Both the position numbers and the translations under genes were made by a program. From Bacillota bacterium (GTDB lineage Bacteria > Bacillota > Sulfobacillia > JAJZYS01 > JAJYTV01), in the NCBI GenBank assembly GCA_021847575.1, contig JAJZQO010000003.1, positions 14,411 to 78,410 of the forward strand: a stretch of 64,000 nt of DNA, given 5' to 3'. The notes below the pieces were generated by a model. That model did not search any database and was not told the DNA's origin. It saw only the letters and a program-made list of their open reading frames with translations. Positions 63,819-64,000 of this stretch are shown here, in pieces (within the stretch, counting starts at the first letter, position 1; every line of letters begins with the position of its first letter).

Positions 63819-64000
63819 TCAGTAGGTCATGACGCGCCCCCAGAGGCTCTTCGTGCCCCAGATTCCCTGGCGCAGGCATTCAAGCTGGATGATCTGGCTG
63901 TGGTCGACGAAGAGATTGACTTCGGGACCGTAGTTCTTGACGTACCACGGGAAGACCTCGGGATCGGCGGCTTCGAACATGATGCGCTCGATGCCGAGTT
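63819..64000 (-). CDS. 3' end of an unidentified gene (partial, runs off the window)
   Basis: The minus frame is open from the window edge to TGA (63819-63821): ...LGIERIMFEAADPEVFPWYVKNYGPEVNLFVDHSQIIQLECLRQGIWGTKSLWGRVMTY. The composition looks coding, but I cannot assign a family. Confidence 0.4.
   Translation of the reverse strand, partial: LGIERIMFEAADPEVFPWYVKNYGPEVNLFVDHSQIIQLECLRQGIWGTKSLWGRVMTY

Overview
This is a high-GC (roughly 65-70%) chromosomal window. Its gene organisation is typical of Firmicutes/Bacillota: a purEBCSQLFMNHD operon behind a Bacillus-type PurBox operator, a glmS ribozyme, CIRCE-groES-groEL, and citZ-icd-mdh. A high-GC Bacillota lineage is therefore inferred; no taxon can be assigned from the sequence alone. 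Most of the window is core metabolism and housekeeping: purine synthesis, TCA enzymes (citrate synthase, ICDH, MDH, malic enzyme, sucCD), trpS, glmS, groESL, Hsp33, Tat components, moeA, an Mrp/ApbC Fe-S carrier, a Rieske/cytochrome b-c complex and a System I cytochrome c maturation cluster. The strongest finding is a pair of loci. A tRNA-Sec gene (selC, anticodon UCA, 8/5 fold) lies directly after tatC. About 24 kb away, an ArsC/Spx-family gene has an in-frame TGA at the first cysteine of its CxxC motif, followed by a SECIS-like hairpin, so it is a candidate UxxC selenoprotein. Other items worth a second look:
- a MoaD-like/E1/rhodanese fusion coupled to a JAMM protease;
- three tandem 33-bp palindrome-bearing repeats that abut the lpd ribosome-binding site;
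- a ccm cluster with a CxxxY-type CcmE, an uncharacterised exported protein, and a CsoR-type regulator overlapping the cytochrome b stop codon;
- a Rieske protein with an N-terminal 4-Cys motif, and a three-part cytochrome b/subunit IV/PSCyt1 fusion;
- a low-GC single-gene island;
- two decayed genes: an MFS transporter with an in-frame TAG and an epimerase remnant.
The many long antisense or out-of-frame ORFs in the track are treated as high-GC artefacts.
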